Below, piece by piece: positions 30,660 to 40,894 of a stretch of DNA of 64,000 nt. The stretch's first letter is position 1, and each line of letters starts with the position of its first letter. The stretch spans positions 4,010 to 68,009 of the forward strand of contig JANXSD010000157.1 in NCBI GenBank assembly GCA_025352785.1. Reading direction: 5' to 3'. Under the pieces are notes generated by a model. The model did no database searches and was not told where the DNA came from. It saw only the letters and a list, made by a program, of their open reading frames with translations. Both the position numbers and the translations under genes were made by a program. Origin of the DNA: Bacteroidota bacterium (GTDB lineage Bacteria > Bacteroidota > Bacteroidia > AKYH767-A > OLB10).

Positions 30660-31697
30660 ATGAAACGTGTTCACAAAATTTTATTGTTTATCATTTTTGC
30701 TATTTTAATTATTGCATTTGCATATCGTAATTTAATTAGTTACGGCATTGCACAACTCCGTGGTCAATTACATATCATTTGGAATGCACAATCTGTTGAA
30801 GAAGTATTGCATGATCAACAAATTCCAGATAGCATTAAACAAAAATTAGTATTGATTCAAGAAATACGCAAGTATGCAGTAGATTCATTGGGATTAAAAG
30901 ATTCGAAAAATTACACTACCTTTTTTGATCAAAAGGGCAAACCTGTTTTGTGGGTAATCACAGCTTGTGAACCTTTTGCGATGAAAGCGTATCTATGGAA
31001 TTTTCCATTTCTCGGTGATGTGTCGTATAAAGGTTTTTTTGAGAAAGAACGTGGTATTCCTGAGTTAGAAAATCTGAAGAAAAGAGGATATGATACTGAC
31101 TATGGCACAGCTAGTGGATGGTCGACATTAGGATGGTTTCGTGATCCGATTTTATCTAACATGCTTCGCAGAAGCGATGGACAATTAGCGGAACTTATCA
31201 TCCATGAATTAACACATGCAACAGTTTATCTGCCAGGGAGCGTAGATTATAATGAGAATCTAGCAACATTTGTTGGAGAAGAAGGAGCGATGCGCTTCTT
31301 GAAATCGCATTTTGGTAATGAGTCGAAAGCATTAATGAATTACCGAAGTGATCAAGAAGACGAAGTGATTTATGGCAATTACATGGTAGCATCTTGTCAT
31401 AAATTAGATAGTTTTTACACTAATTTACCTGCTGATTGGAGCATCCAAAAGAAGTATTATCAAAAATATTTTTTCATCAAAGACTTAGTATTGGGCATTC
31501 GCACCTTAAAACTTCACAAAACTGCACATTACCAATTCCATTTTCCGGGCGACCATTTACCTAACAATGCTTGGTTTATGAGTTACAGTAGATATCGAAA
31601 AGACCAAGGTGATTTTCGGCATCAACTTGAGACGCTACGTGGTGATTTAAAGGCATTTATGTCTCAAATTATTGATCAAAGCAAAAAAACGCGATAA
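30660..31697 (+). CDS. Putative zinc aminopeptidase (Aminopep family)
   Basis: W.FP..G.V.YKGFF, STLGWFRDP, HELTH...NENLATF; starts 1 nt after the upstream stop. Confidence 0.85.
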   Translation: MKRVHKILLFIIFAILIIAFAYRNLISYGIAQLRGQLHIIWNAQSVEEVLHDQQIPDSIKQKLVLIQEIRKYAVDSLGLKDSKNYTTFFDQKGKPVLWVITACEPFAMKAYLWNFPFLGDVSYKGFFEKERGIPELENLKKRGYDTDYGTASGWSTLGWFRDPILSNMLRRSDGQLAELIIHELTHATVYLPGSVDYNENLATFVGEEGAMRFLKSHFGNESKALMNYRSDQEDEVIYGNYMVASCHKLDSFYTNLPADWSIQKKYYQKYFFIKDLVLGIRTLKLHKTAHYQFHFPGDHLPNNAWFMSYSRYRKDQGDFRHQLETLRGDLKAFMSQIIDQSKKTR

Positions 31698-31794
31698 TAC
31701 ACCTACTGAATTATTTGAAAATAAGGCTAACAAAAGGATGTTATTTCGTTACATTTTTCCTAATTTCGGCGTCCCAAAAGAAATCAAAAATAGC

Positions 31795-33102
31795 ATGGCA
31801 ATTACCACCATTTCGAAGAAGTCGAAGTTGAAACAACAACAGATTACGACGGTTAAAGATTCGACAAACCCTTTCGAGGCAATGATTCAGCGTTTCGATG
31901 TGGCGGCGAAAATCATCGGACTAGAACATGATGTTTATGAAGTCCTAAAAAACCCTTCCAAATTGATTGAAGTGAGTCTTCCAATTAAGATGGACGATGG
32001 TTCAATCAAAGTTTTTGAAGGCTATCGTGTGATACATTCTACTGCACTCGGACCTTCAAAAGGAGGAATTCGTTATTCTCCAGCAGTTGATGCAGACGAG
32101 GTGAAGGCTTTAGCTGCATGGATGACTTGGAAGTGCGCGATCGCTGATATTCCCTATGGAGGAGCGAAGGGCGGAATCAATTGTGATCCACGGACAATGT
32201 CTGTTGGGGAATTAGAGCGAATGACTCGTGCTTATACTGCTGCGATGTCGGATGTATTTGGTGTTGACAAAGACATTCCAGCTCCTGACATGAATACTGG
32301 CCCGCGTGAGATGGCATGGATCGTTGATGAATTCAGCAAATTGAAGGGTGGATTTACCCCTGGAATCGTTACTGGGAAGCCTTTACATTTAGGTGGGTCA
32401 TTAGGTCGCGTTGAAGCAACTGGACGTGGTGTTTGTACTTCTGCATTAGAAGCGATGAGCAAACTGAAAATGAAAGCGGATAAATGCAAAGCGGCGGTTC
32501 AAGGATTTGGAAACGTTGGTTCTATTTCTGCAAAACATTTTGAGGCAGCAGGAATTAAAGTGGTTGGGATATCAGATCATACGGCTGCATATTATAATGC
32601 GAAAGGAATTGATATTGAAAAAGCAATTGCTTATCGCGATTCAAACAAAGGCGTTTTAAAAGGCTTTAAAGGTGGTGAATTGATTACCAATGAAGAACTT
32701 TTGGAATTAAAAGTAGATATCCTTGCACCATGTGCTACGGAGAATCAAATTACTGCTGCAAATGCAAATAAGATTCATGCAAAACTGATTGTAGAAGGAG
32801 CTAATGGACCATGTACGGCTGGAGCTGATGAGATATTACATAACAATGGGGTAATTCTTATTCCGGATATTCTGGCAAATGGCGGTGGAGTTACAGTATC
32901 TTATTTTGAGTGGGTACAAAACCGCACAGGATATTATTACAGCGAAGAAGAAATTAATAAACGCGCTGACCGATGGATGAAGCAAGCATTTCAAAATGTT
33001 TGGAATGTTTCAACTAAGTATAAAATATCAATGCGTATTGCAGCTTATGTTTTTGCACTTGAAAAAGTAGCAACAGCAACCCGATCACGAGGAGCATATT
33101 AA
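31795..33102 (+). CDS. gdhA: Glu/Leu/Phe/Val dehydrogenase (glutamate dehydrogenase)
   Basis: GPSKGGIR, PYGGAKGG, DIPAPD, QGFGNVG, EGANGP; -7 box TAATTTCG at 31761. Confidence 0.93.
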   Translation: MAITTISKKSKLKQQQITTVKDSTNPFEAMIQRFDVAAKIIGLEHDVYEVLKNPSKLIEVSLPIKMDDGSIKVFEGYRVIHSTALGPSKGGIRYSPAVDADEVKALAAWMTWKCAIADIPYGGAKGGINCDPRTMSVGELERMTRAYTAAMSDVFGVDKDIPAPDMNTGPREMAWIVDEFSKLKGGFTPGIVTGKPLHLGGSLGRVEATGRGVCTSALEAMSKLKMKADKCKAAVQGFGNVGSISAKHFEAAGIKVVGISDHTAAYYNAKGIDIEKAIAYRDSNKGVLKGFKGGELITNEELLELKVDILAPCATENQITAANANKIHAKLIVEGANGPCTAGADEILHNNGVILIPDILANGGGVTVSYFEWVQNRTGYYYSEEEINKRADRWMKQAFQNVWNVSTKYKISMRIAAYVFALEKVATATRSRGAY

Positions 33103-33118
33103 TTAAAATAATAAGTTG

Positions 33119-33151
33119 ATAAAGCGCAGGGAAAATTTCCCTGCGCTTTAT
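33119..33151 (+). terminator. Terminator hairpin after gdh
   Basis: ATAAAGCGCAGGGAAA/TTTCCCTGCGCTTTAT. Confidence 0.75.
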
Positions 33152-33171
33152 GATTAAATACCAACCTACAA

Positions 33172-33831
33172 ATGACCATACATCGCGAAGGATACACCAT
33201 TTTAACGGTGACTACATTTATACTTATTGTTCTGAACGGATTAGTGTATGCGTTTTTAAGTGCGCATACCTGGATGCTAATTTCTGTATTCGCTATTAGC
33301 TTAGCATTCTTTCTATTGGTATTGCAATTTTTCAGGTATCCAAGTCGAGATTTAACATTAGGTGATAAATATGTTATCGCTCCAGCAGATGGTAAAGTAG
33401 TTGTGATCGAACAAACATTGGAATCAGAATATTTAAAAGATAAAAGAATTCAAGTTTCCATTTTTATGTCTCCGATAAATGTTCATGCAAATTGGTATCC
33501 ACTTTCAGGAAAAATCAGTTATGAACGTTATCATCCTGGTAAATTTCTTGTTGCTTGGCATCCTAAAGCGAGTACAGAAAACGAACGATCCACAATAGTA
33601 ATTCAGAAAGAAAACAAAATGGAAATTTTACTTCGCCAAGTTGCAGGAGCGCTTGCTCGACGTATTGTTTATTATCCTCATGAAAACGATATGGTTCGTC
33701 AAGGTGGAGAGATGGGCTTCATAAAATTCGGATCACGTGTGGATATCTATCTCCCTTTAGGCACTAAAATAAATGTTGCACTAGGACAAAAAACTGTTGG
33801 TGGTGTGACGGTTATTGCTGAATTAGGATAA
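33172..33831 (+). CDS. psd: Phosphatidylserine decarboxylase proenzyme
   Basis: APADG, IFMSPINVH, NER and FGS autocleavage motif (IKFGSRVD). Confidence 0.95.
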   Translation: MTIHREGYTILTVTTFILIVLNGLVYAFLSAHTWMLISVFAISLAFFLLVLQFFRYPSRDLTLGDKYVIAPADGKVVVIEQTLESEYLKDKRIQVSIFMSPINVHANWYPLSGKISYERYHPGKFLVAWHPKASTENERSTIVIQKENKMEILLRQVAGALARRIVYYPHENDMVRQGGEMGFIKFGSRVDIYLPLGTKINVALGQKTVGGVTVIAELG

Positions 33832-33979
33832 GTGAGTTTTGTATTTTTTTTAATACCGTAATTGATTCAAATTGTTTGAAGCAATTCCAATAGCAATCGG
33901 AATAAAATATTTTAAGGATTAGTTTTTTTGTAATTCGGATTCTAATTTATTTTAAATTGGGGTTCATTGGCAACTCTTC

Positions 33980-34420
33980 AAATTTTCAATTGATTCATGA
34001 ATTCCGTTTCCTATACTTCCTTCTCTGTACTTAATCTTATAAAATACATCCTATCCGCAAATGATGAAAGTATGGAATTTGTTGTGAATACCAACTGCTA
34101 ATATGTTTTAGTCCAATCTACTTGTCCTTTTTCATCAATACTTCTTAAAAAAATCGTTCCGTAAGCAAAGGCTATGCAACGATTTTTTTTAAATCGTCTT
34201 GATAAAAAAATTACATCGCATCTTTGTACTAAAACATATTTGCAATTGGTATAATTTTTCGAATACAGTTTTTTCTGATTTTATAAGGATAACTTGACAA
34301 ATTAATATCATTACCTAATATTGCTATTAATTAAAATCTTGTGGGCTTACTTTTAAAACAAACCAATTTAAGTAATCTTTTGTATGCTTTTTTATGGATT
34401 AGAATAGATCAAGACGATCA
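33980..34420 (-). pseudogene. Relic T9SS C-terminal domain, interrupted by a MITE-like element
   Basis: Minus-strand fragments LIYSNP* (34409-34395) and IAILGNDI on one side of the element, and LSSFADRMYFIRLSTEKEV*ETEFMNQ on the other; multiple stops and frameshifts. Confidence 0.55.
34088..34252. mobile_element. MITE-like palindromic element (165 bp)
   Basis: 29-bp TIRs ATACCAACTGCTAATATGTTTTAGTCCAA / rc ATACCAATTGCAAATATGTTTTAGTACAA (3 mismatches); nested arms AAAAAAATCGTT/AACGATTTTTTT. Confidence 0.7.
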
Positions 34421-34513
34421 GTTTCGGTGTTTTATGTTTGTGGAATTCAAACGCAATATTTACTTACCATAATTTCAAACAAAATAAACCTTGCGATAAA
34501 TAAAAATTAATTT

Positions 34514-36070
34514 TCACAAATGTTGAACAACAATTTTTCTGCAAAAACCTCCTTTGCTGTTTTTAATTTGCAACAAATAAATTCCGTCAGGAAGATTATT
34601 TACCCTTATTTTGAAAGTATGATCGTTGGACTTAAAATAATTGATAGGTATATTTTTTCCAGATATATCTGTAAGAATTAATTGTACATTTGTTTGATGA
34701 TCATCTAAATTAACAGAAACAATATCAGAGGATGGATTTGGTGAAACAAGAATATTATTTTTTTGAGAAGTATTTTCATATAATGCAGTAACATTATTTT
34801 TCATTTCAAAGCCTTGAATAATGGTACCGAAACCACTCTCCTGACCATATCCGTACAGATATGTAACCACACCAGAATCAGCTAGAATTGTATGCATACC
34901 TGAGGCAATTGGAAGCTGCGCGAACGACCATAATGAATCATCAGGAAAAACACTAAAAAAAGTTGATAACGAATTTCCATCTAACGTTACTGTTTGAGTT
35001 CCATTTGTTGGAGCCAAAATATTTAAATAATTCTGTAAAATAAGTCCTACAGAATCTGAATATAGTAATGTTGCAAACTGCGCTCGTGTAAACGTATTTG
35101 CATCGGGAAACATAGGGTAAGCAAACGAAGAACTATTTACAACAGTATCTTCTTTCCATGAGCGGGAGAGTTCGATTACTTCAATTTTTTTATCTGCTTT
35201 CCATGTTGTTGGCAATGTGATTAACGTATCAATTATTTGGCCTTTGTTAAGTACGATTGGATTCCCGTACAACATTACAGTTGTTGAATCTTCAAAAGGA
35301 ATAACATGAATACGATCACCTGCTCTTGTTAAATGTGGGATGGTATGGTATTCTTGTTTCAAAAATTCTTTTGGTATTAAATAATCTGCTGAAGAACTAA
35401 TAGCAGCAACATCACCACTATGAACTTGGAAAGTTCCATTGGAAAAACTTGTATCAGTTTGAATTATGGATCCAGTATAATCATCATGCCATTCATCATA
35501 AAAAGCATGAAAGGGCGGAATAGTGACTGAAAAAAAAGGTGGATTTACAAGTAATGGATGGGGTTGGTTGGGATAAATATTTACAATAATAGAATCATTT
35601 GTTGACATAATATAGGCGAATGTATGTTTATCATACAAATTCGACCATATATATTGCGGATGACCATTGTAGGTACTAACAGTTCCTGAAATATTTTGGG
35701 GGGGGATCGCGTGCATAGCAGCATAAGCATCAGCTCGACACTCATAAACAATTACAGAATCTGTTGAACTAATTGAAAATGTTGGGTTCACTGTCCAACC
35801 CCCAGAATTATTGCAGCAAAAGGGATAATCAATCGAATCAAATGTAAACGCCGCTTTATTTACTTGAGCTAAAACATTTCCAGCCGAATCTAAAAAACTA
35901 ACAATAGCTTGCTTATCTCCAAATATATATAATTTATTAGGAGGATAAGTAATCCCAAATCTCGTATCAAAAATAAAATGTTTTCCTAAATAATTTAATG
36001 TTTGTGCTTGTGATAAATTAACACTACATAAATTTAACAATATTGAAATAAATAGTACGAGCTTTTTCAT
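34514..36070 (-). CDS. IgGFc-binding-like domain protein with a T9SS type A CTD
   Basis: Signal peptide (SQA-Q); NYLNILAP...VTLDG...GMHTI...YLYGYG...GFG pattern; CTD VSPNP...DISGK...LPDGIYLL...KIVV. Confidence 0.78.
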   Translation of the reverse strand: MKKLVLFISILLNLCSVNLSQAQTLNYLGKHFIFDTRFGITYPPNKLYIFGDKQAIVSFLDSAGNVLAQVNKAAFTFDSIDYPFCCNNSGGWTVNPTFSISSTDSVIVYECRADAYAAMHAIPPQNISGTVSTYNGHPQYIWSNLYDKHTFAYIMSTNDSIIVNIYPNQPHPLLVNPPFFSVTIPPFHAFYDEWHDDYTGSIIQTDTSFSNGTFQVHSGDVAAISSSADYLIPKEFLKQEYHTIPHLTRAGDRIHVIPFEDSTTVMLYGNPIVLNKGQIIDTLITLPTTWKADKKIEVIELSRSWKEDTVVNSSSFAYPMFPDANTFTRAQFATLLYSDSVGLILQNYLNILAPTNGTQTVTLDGNSLSTFFSVFPDDSLWSFAQLPIASGMHTILADSGVVTYLYGYGQESGFGTIIQGFEMKNNVTALYENTSQKNNILVSPNPSSDIVSVNLDDHQTNVQLILTDISGKNIPINYFKSNDHTFKIRVNNLPDGIYLLQIKNSKGGFCRKIVVQHL

Positions 36071-36088
36071 TGCTAAATTAATGTAGTG

Positions 36089-39000
36089 TTAATAAGTGTT
36101 TAAATTGGCAATAACAATTTTCATAGTATTCAAATTCCCTTTTAAATCTTTAACCTTTGCAATATATAATCCCGAAGTTAAATAACAATTTATTAAACGA
36201 TTGTTATTACTAAATGATTGCTCGTGACCATACATATCAACTCGTAAAATTAATTGTTGATTTTCATCTTTTAAATAGTTGGATATTTCAAGCGAATTAT
36301 TAAATTGTTTTCCAATAACAAATCCATCGGCTTTGAAATTATTACTAATTAAAGCATTTGATTCTCTTAAATATTGTGCGCTATTACCAACATCAATTAA
36401 GTTTGCGATCCAAGTATTATCACATCCAGTAGGTACAATTATATCTCCTTGTTGAAAATCCAAATTATTATAAGTGAAGCCAGAATTAAATATTTTATCA
36501 TTTACACCTGCTTTAATATATGTTGGCCAAACACCAAGACTTGTACTGGAAACTCCTAATGCACATGTAAGCCATGTTGCACTACTATTACTTATATTTT
36601 GTTTGTATGTAATTAAATCTCTTGCATTATTTACAGGTAATGGGAATGGTAAATTTGTTGAAGGAGTATTACCCCAATTTGTATACAATCCTGAAAAAAC
36701 AAAACTATTATCATTTGTTAAGCCAATACAAGTAGTTCGCGATATGCCACAATCACCGAAATAAGTTCCCATATTCATTGTATTGCTTCCATTGATAATT
36801 GCCGACCAACCATATTCCGTTACCGAAGGGCTCGTACAGTTTAAGGAGGTCATAGAACCAAATAATGGCGCAAATGCAGTTGGGAAACCTGTTGGAGTTG
36901 CTTTGAAACTCCAATGCAATGCAGAATTGTAAAAGTAACCTCCAACTGCAATGTTACCAAAATTATCAGTTTTAATTGAAGTTGGGAAAACAATACCAGC
37001 ATCCCATGAATTCACATTATTAGCCTTTACTTTCCAGTAACGCAATGGAGTATTCGTTACAATATTTTTTTCCTGTATTCCTACTGAATAATAAGGTGCT
37101 ACAGTTGGATTTTCGGCGTAAATAAAACATACAGTATTAATATTAATAATATCGAAATCAACAACTGGTAATCCTGGAGACTGGATGATAACTCTTGGAT
37201 TTACAGATATTACTAATGGGCTTAATAGGTCATATCGTGAAATACTGCTTTGCGACAAACCAGTAGTAGCCGTAAAAAAAGTAAGAACAAATAGATACCT
37301 GTTTGAATTATCGAAAATCGTTTTTTGAATTTCACCTGCAGATGTCGGCAGTGAGTAAATACTACTAACAATTAATCCAGTAAGCGGATTATAAGTAGAA
37401 ATATTACCTGGCGATCCTGAAGTACCTACATATAGTAAATTATTAGAAGAATTATAAGAAACTGATTGATAATTTGAAGTTGCTAGTCCTTTTGCCCAAC
37501 GCAAATCACCACACTCATCATAAGAGGCCAAATAACCGCTCACTGTGCTAGGAGTTCCTGTAGTTGTGGCATTAGCAGTACCTGACCCCCAATTAACCTG
37601 ATTAAATCCATAACCAGCAATATATGTATTATTAGATAGATCAACATCTAATTGTTTTGGTCGTTGGCTTCCACTTCCAGTAGCAATTACAGGATAACTG
37701 TTAACATCTTCAAACAATTCAAAATCATCGACAAAACAAAAATTAGGTTGAGTAGTTGTAATTGTAGTAGTTTTAAGAGCAATTGATGAAAAATTTACTC
37801 CTGAAGTTGCTTTAAAGTTAATAGAATAAGTATTCCAGCCACAACCATTAGCAATAGATTGTGTAAAGCTTTGAACTGGTGTTGTTGGAAAATTAAAATT
37901 ACCCCATAATTCAAATTTAATGATCCCAGGAGTTTGAGGAAATCCATTTGGGGTTATAGTCAATGCTTTAAATCGAATCGTATAAAAATGACCATCAAGT
38001 ATCGGTGTAATTAAACTTGTTTTTATTCCGCAAGGAAGTGGAAGTACGGCATATCTATCATTTCCAGCTGATGCACCCGACCACGTATCAATTGAAGGGC
38101 ATTGTAATGAAGCTGGATTTGTACTAGAAGGACCTACAATAAAATTTGTAGGAATTGAATTAGATGAAATTCCCGTTCTTCCAAAATAAAATGGATTTCC
38201 ATTAGATAAACACCAATTTGTAACTTCATTTGAAGAGCCTCCTACACAACCACCAAAACTATTTGGGTTTGTTCCTGGGATAGGCGCACCTTGCTCAAAA
38301 TCACCATTACAAATCATATTTAATTGATTACAATAACTAGGAATTGTAGAAGGAATACAGGTAGCTGATGCTTGTCTTGGAATAATAAGTTCAGGGCATT
38401 TTGAGCCACAAGTATTTTCAACGGAATAGGCTCCAATGTTAGTTGGTGAATTAAATATAAATCCGGGATGATTATTTACTGAATAATCGAACAAAACATT
38501 ATCTTCTGTATGATCCATTCTCCATTGGGCAACCAAACCAAATTCAGATCCACTTAAACAAACATTATTTGTATTAAAAATATCAAGATCGGTTCGCGCA
38601 ATACTCCAAATACGAACATCATCTAACATACCTGAAAATGCAGAAGAAGTTGACATGTCTGAATTTATTCCCATTAATAAATTAGATGGAGTTGTAATAT
38701 CTTCAATGTTTGAAATATTATATTGAATAGTTAACATACTATCAATATAAAATGTTAAAAGATTTTGTTCTCTTTTCACAGCAACTCGATGGCAGTTTCT
38801 ATCTAACAATAATTTCCCATTCGTAATGCTATCAATAAATGTATTCCCATTTAAAGTTAAAAACAAATTACCACTCGATGTTAACCCAAATAAATATCCT
38901 GTGTTATCAAATAAATTATCAATGATAGTATAATAAGAACCTCTAATTTTTTTGGGTTCTATCTTTATTTGAGACTCAATTGTGAAATCTTGAACTCCTA

Positions 39001-39178
39001 AATTCAAATCTGCATAAGGGTAAACTGTTGCGTAATCATTTATACCATCAAATAATAAACCATTATTAATTTGTGCTTGAGAAAAGAATGAACTGAAAGT
39101 GCATAAAACCAATATCATTAAACCAATACCGTAGGTGCGTTTTATTTCTAAGATATTATTTATCTTGTGATAAAACAA
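36089..39178 (-). CDS. Large secreted protein: LamG domain, CBM-like domain, beta-propeller, divergent T9SS CTD
   Basis: LamG pattern LLFDGINDY...CHRVAV...FSGMLDDVRIWSIART...GLVAQW; NGDFE...VDDFEL; DECGDLRWA; C-terminal DMYG...LTSGLY...KIVI. Start codon uncertain (TTG 39178 or ATG 39118). Confidence 0.75.
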   Translation of the reverse strand: MFYHKINNILEIKRTYGIGLMILVLCTFSSFFSQAQINNGLLFDGINDYATVYPYADLNLGVQDFTIESQIKIEPKKIRGSYYTIIDNLFDNTGYLFGLTSSGNLFLTLNGNTFIDSITNGKLLLDRNCHRVAVKREQNLLTFYIDSMLTIQYNISNIEDITTPSNLLMGINSDMSTSSAFSGMLDDVRIWSIARTDLDIFNTNNVCLSGSEFGLVAQWRMDHTEDNVLFDYSVNNHPGFIFNSPTNIGAYSVENTCGSKCPELIIPRQASATCIPSTIPSYCNQLNMICNGDFEQGAPIPGTNPNSFGGCVGGSSNEVTNWCLSNGNPFYFGRTGISSNSIPTNFIVGPSSTNPASLQCPSIDTWSGASAGNDRYAVLPLPCGIKTSLITPILDGHFYTIRFKALTITPNGFPQTPGIIKFELWGNFNFPTTPVQSFTQSIANGCGWNTYSINFKATSGVNFSSIALKTTTITTTQPNFCFVDDFELFEDVNSYPVIATGSGSQRPKQLDVDLSNNTYIAGYGFNQVNWGSGTANATTTGTPSTVSGYLASYDECGDLRWAKGLATSNYQSVSYNSSNNLLYVGTSGSPGNISTYNPLTGLIVSSIYSLPTSAGEIQKTIFDNSNRYLFVLTFFTATTGLSQSSISRYDLLSPLVISVNPRVIIQSPGLPVVDFDIININTVCFIYAENPTVAPYYSVGIQEKNIVTNTPLRYWKVKANNVNSWDAGIVFPTSIKTDNFGNIAVGGYFYNSALHWSFKATPTGFPTAFAPLFGSMTSLNCTSPSVTEYGWSAIINGSNTMNMGTYFGDCGISRTTCIGLTNDNSFVFSGLYTNWGNTPSTNLPFPLPVNNARDLITYKQNISNSSATWLTCALGVSSTSLGVWPTYIKAGVNDKIFNSGFTYNNLDFQQGDIIVPTGCDNTWIANLIDVGNSAQYLRESNALISNNFKADGFVIGKQFNNSLEISNYLKDENQQLILRVDMYGHEQSFSNNNRLINCYLTSGLYIAKVKDLKGNLNTMKIVIANLNTY

Positions 39179-39713
39179 ACTCTTGAAAAATTCTCGGAAA
39201 ATGTATGATTTTCTTGTCTTTTGGTTAATTAACGTTTGAAATAAATTTTTTACCTTGTACTTCCTAAAATCTAATGATAGTTGATAGCTTCAACTACTTT
39301 TTTACTGTTGGCAATTGGTTTCATAATAGATGTATTTTTTAATTAAAATAAATATCAACCTTAAATGACCGCACAACCCTCTTTCACAAATTTTAACTAA
39401 TAAGAACTATTTTTATTATTAACCAAAACTGATAATCAACACTAGGCAAAATACCTTAACCTTAAAATTCGAACTATTTCACTAGATTGTTTGGTAAATG
39501 TAGTTTCTGTTTTTCAAATTTCATAATTTTTCTCGTAAATAGTTATGAACAGTTTAAGATAAATAAGGCAAAATAATTAAAAAGTACAAAAATAAAATCA
39601 ACTATTTTAAAGATATAACTCATAATACTGTTTACCATTCAAATGAATCACAAAACAATAACTTATGCAAGATAAAACAGAACCTAAAATTCACAAGTTA
39701 ACAATTTCTTTAT

Positions 39714-40832
39714 TTATTTTCCTTCCCATTCTTTAAAGAGCATTGTTAAAAGGACTCGTTGAAAGATATTATTTTCGGGCATTTCTCCAGATAAATATCG
39801 ATTTTTATAATCGTTCACTTCTTGTTCGGGAAGTTCCACTCTTAATGCGACATGAAGTCTTGAGCGTGCTAGCTTCATTTCGTTAAAATGATTTCTAGTT
39901 TCAATAGCGAATGTGGATAATGCTAGTGTTGAATCTGTGCTTACAGAAGCAGATCCAATAGTGTATGCATTAACTAGTTCACATTCCTTTAATTGTTGTT
40001 CATATTGATTTGTTGTTTTGAAATAAATCCTATTAAAGAAAGCTTCTTTCATTGTAAAAAAAGCTCCTGAATCAGCAGTGCTAAGAGTTCGTCGGCAAAA
40101 GCTACTATCAACTCCCGACCATAAATAAGTTGCATTCAACTTATTATTCATCTCACGAACACGATCCATTTTTGCATCCGTAAAAACAGTAACCTCGTCT
40201 TTATTTGCAACAGTAATTTCACTTTGCATTCCTTTTGTAATGGTAGCAATTCTTCTCCATGCTGGGAGTTCACGCATTATGTTTGCACCATTAGGAATGT
40301 ACAATGTATTTACAATTATATTTTTTTCAGCGGCTTGTTCGCAGTATTTTAAGTAATCATAACCATTAGAAGTTACCATGCCATTTCCGCAGAGAAAAAT
40401 AATTTTTTTAGCATCTATGTTTTTCGACCAAGAAATTTGAGAGATACATGTTGAAAGTGCTGCACTAACATATTGATCACCTTTTTCTATGGAAGGTTTC
40501 AATTTGAAGAGTTCCGTTTCCAGATGATCAAAATTATGAGTAAGATCACAAAGCACTTTTACATATCCATTATTTTTTCCAAAACTTGGTCGTGAGAAAC
40601 CAACAACAGCAATTCTTAGATCTGGAGTAGGAATCATGATATAAGCTTGATTTACTATCAACCATATATTATCACGTACATTATTTATTAAACCGTTTGT
40701 GCTTCCACTTAAATCTACACAAATAACAATGTCCAATGCACGATTTTTGCTTCCTTGTGCGTTTCCATTTTCACTAATAAAAAGTAGTGATAAGCAAACA
40801 ATAAAATAAAATAGTACTTGAAATTTTTTCAT
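39714..40832 (-). CDS. Exported vWA-domain protein
   Basis: Signal peptide; MIDAS DLSGS after LDIVICV; KIIFLCGN. Confidence 0.82.
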   Translation of the reverse strand: MKKFQVLFYFIVCLSLLFISENGNAQGSKNRALDIVICVDLSGSTNGLINNVRDNIWLIVNQAYIMIPTPDLRIAVVGFSRPSFGKNNGYVKVLCDLTHNFDHLETELFKLKPSIEKGDQYVSAALSTCISQISWSKNIDAKKIIFLCGNGMVTSNGYDYLKYCEQAAEKNIIVNTLYIPNGANIMRELPAWRRIATITKGMQSEITVANKDEVTVFTDAKMDRVREMNNKLNATYLWSGVDSSFCRRTLSTADSGAFFTMKEAFFNRIYFKTTNQYEQQLKECELVNAYTIGSASVSTDSTLALSTFAIETRNHFNEMKLARSRLHVALRVELPEQEVNDYKNRYLSGEMPENNIFQRVLLTMLFKEWEGK

Positions 40833-40894
40833 TTGAATTCTCTTATCAAAAATAAGATTTTAATACCACTTTGGGTAAATGAATTTATTGTTGT

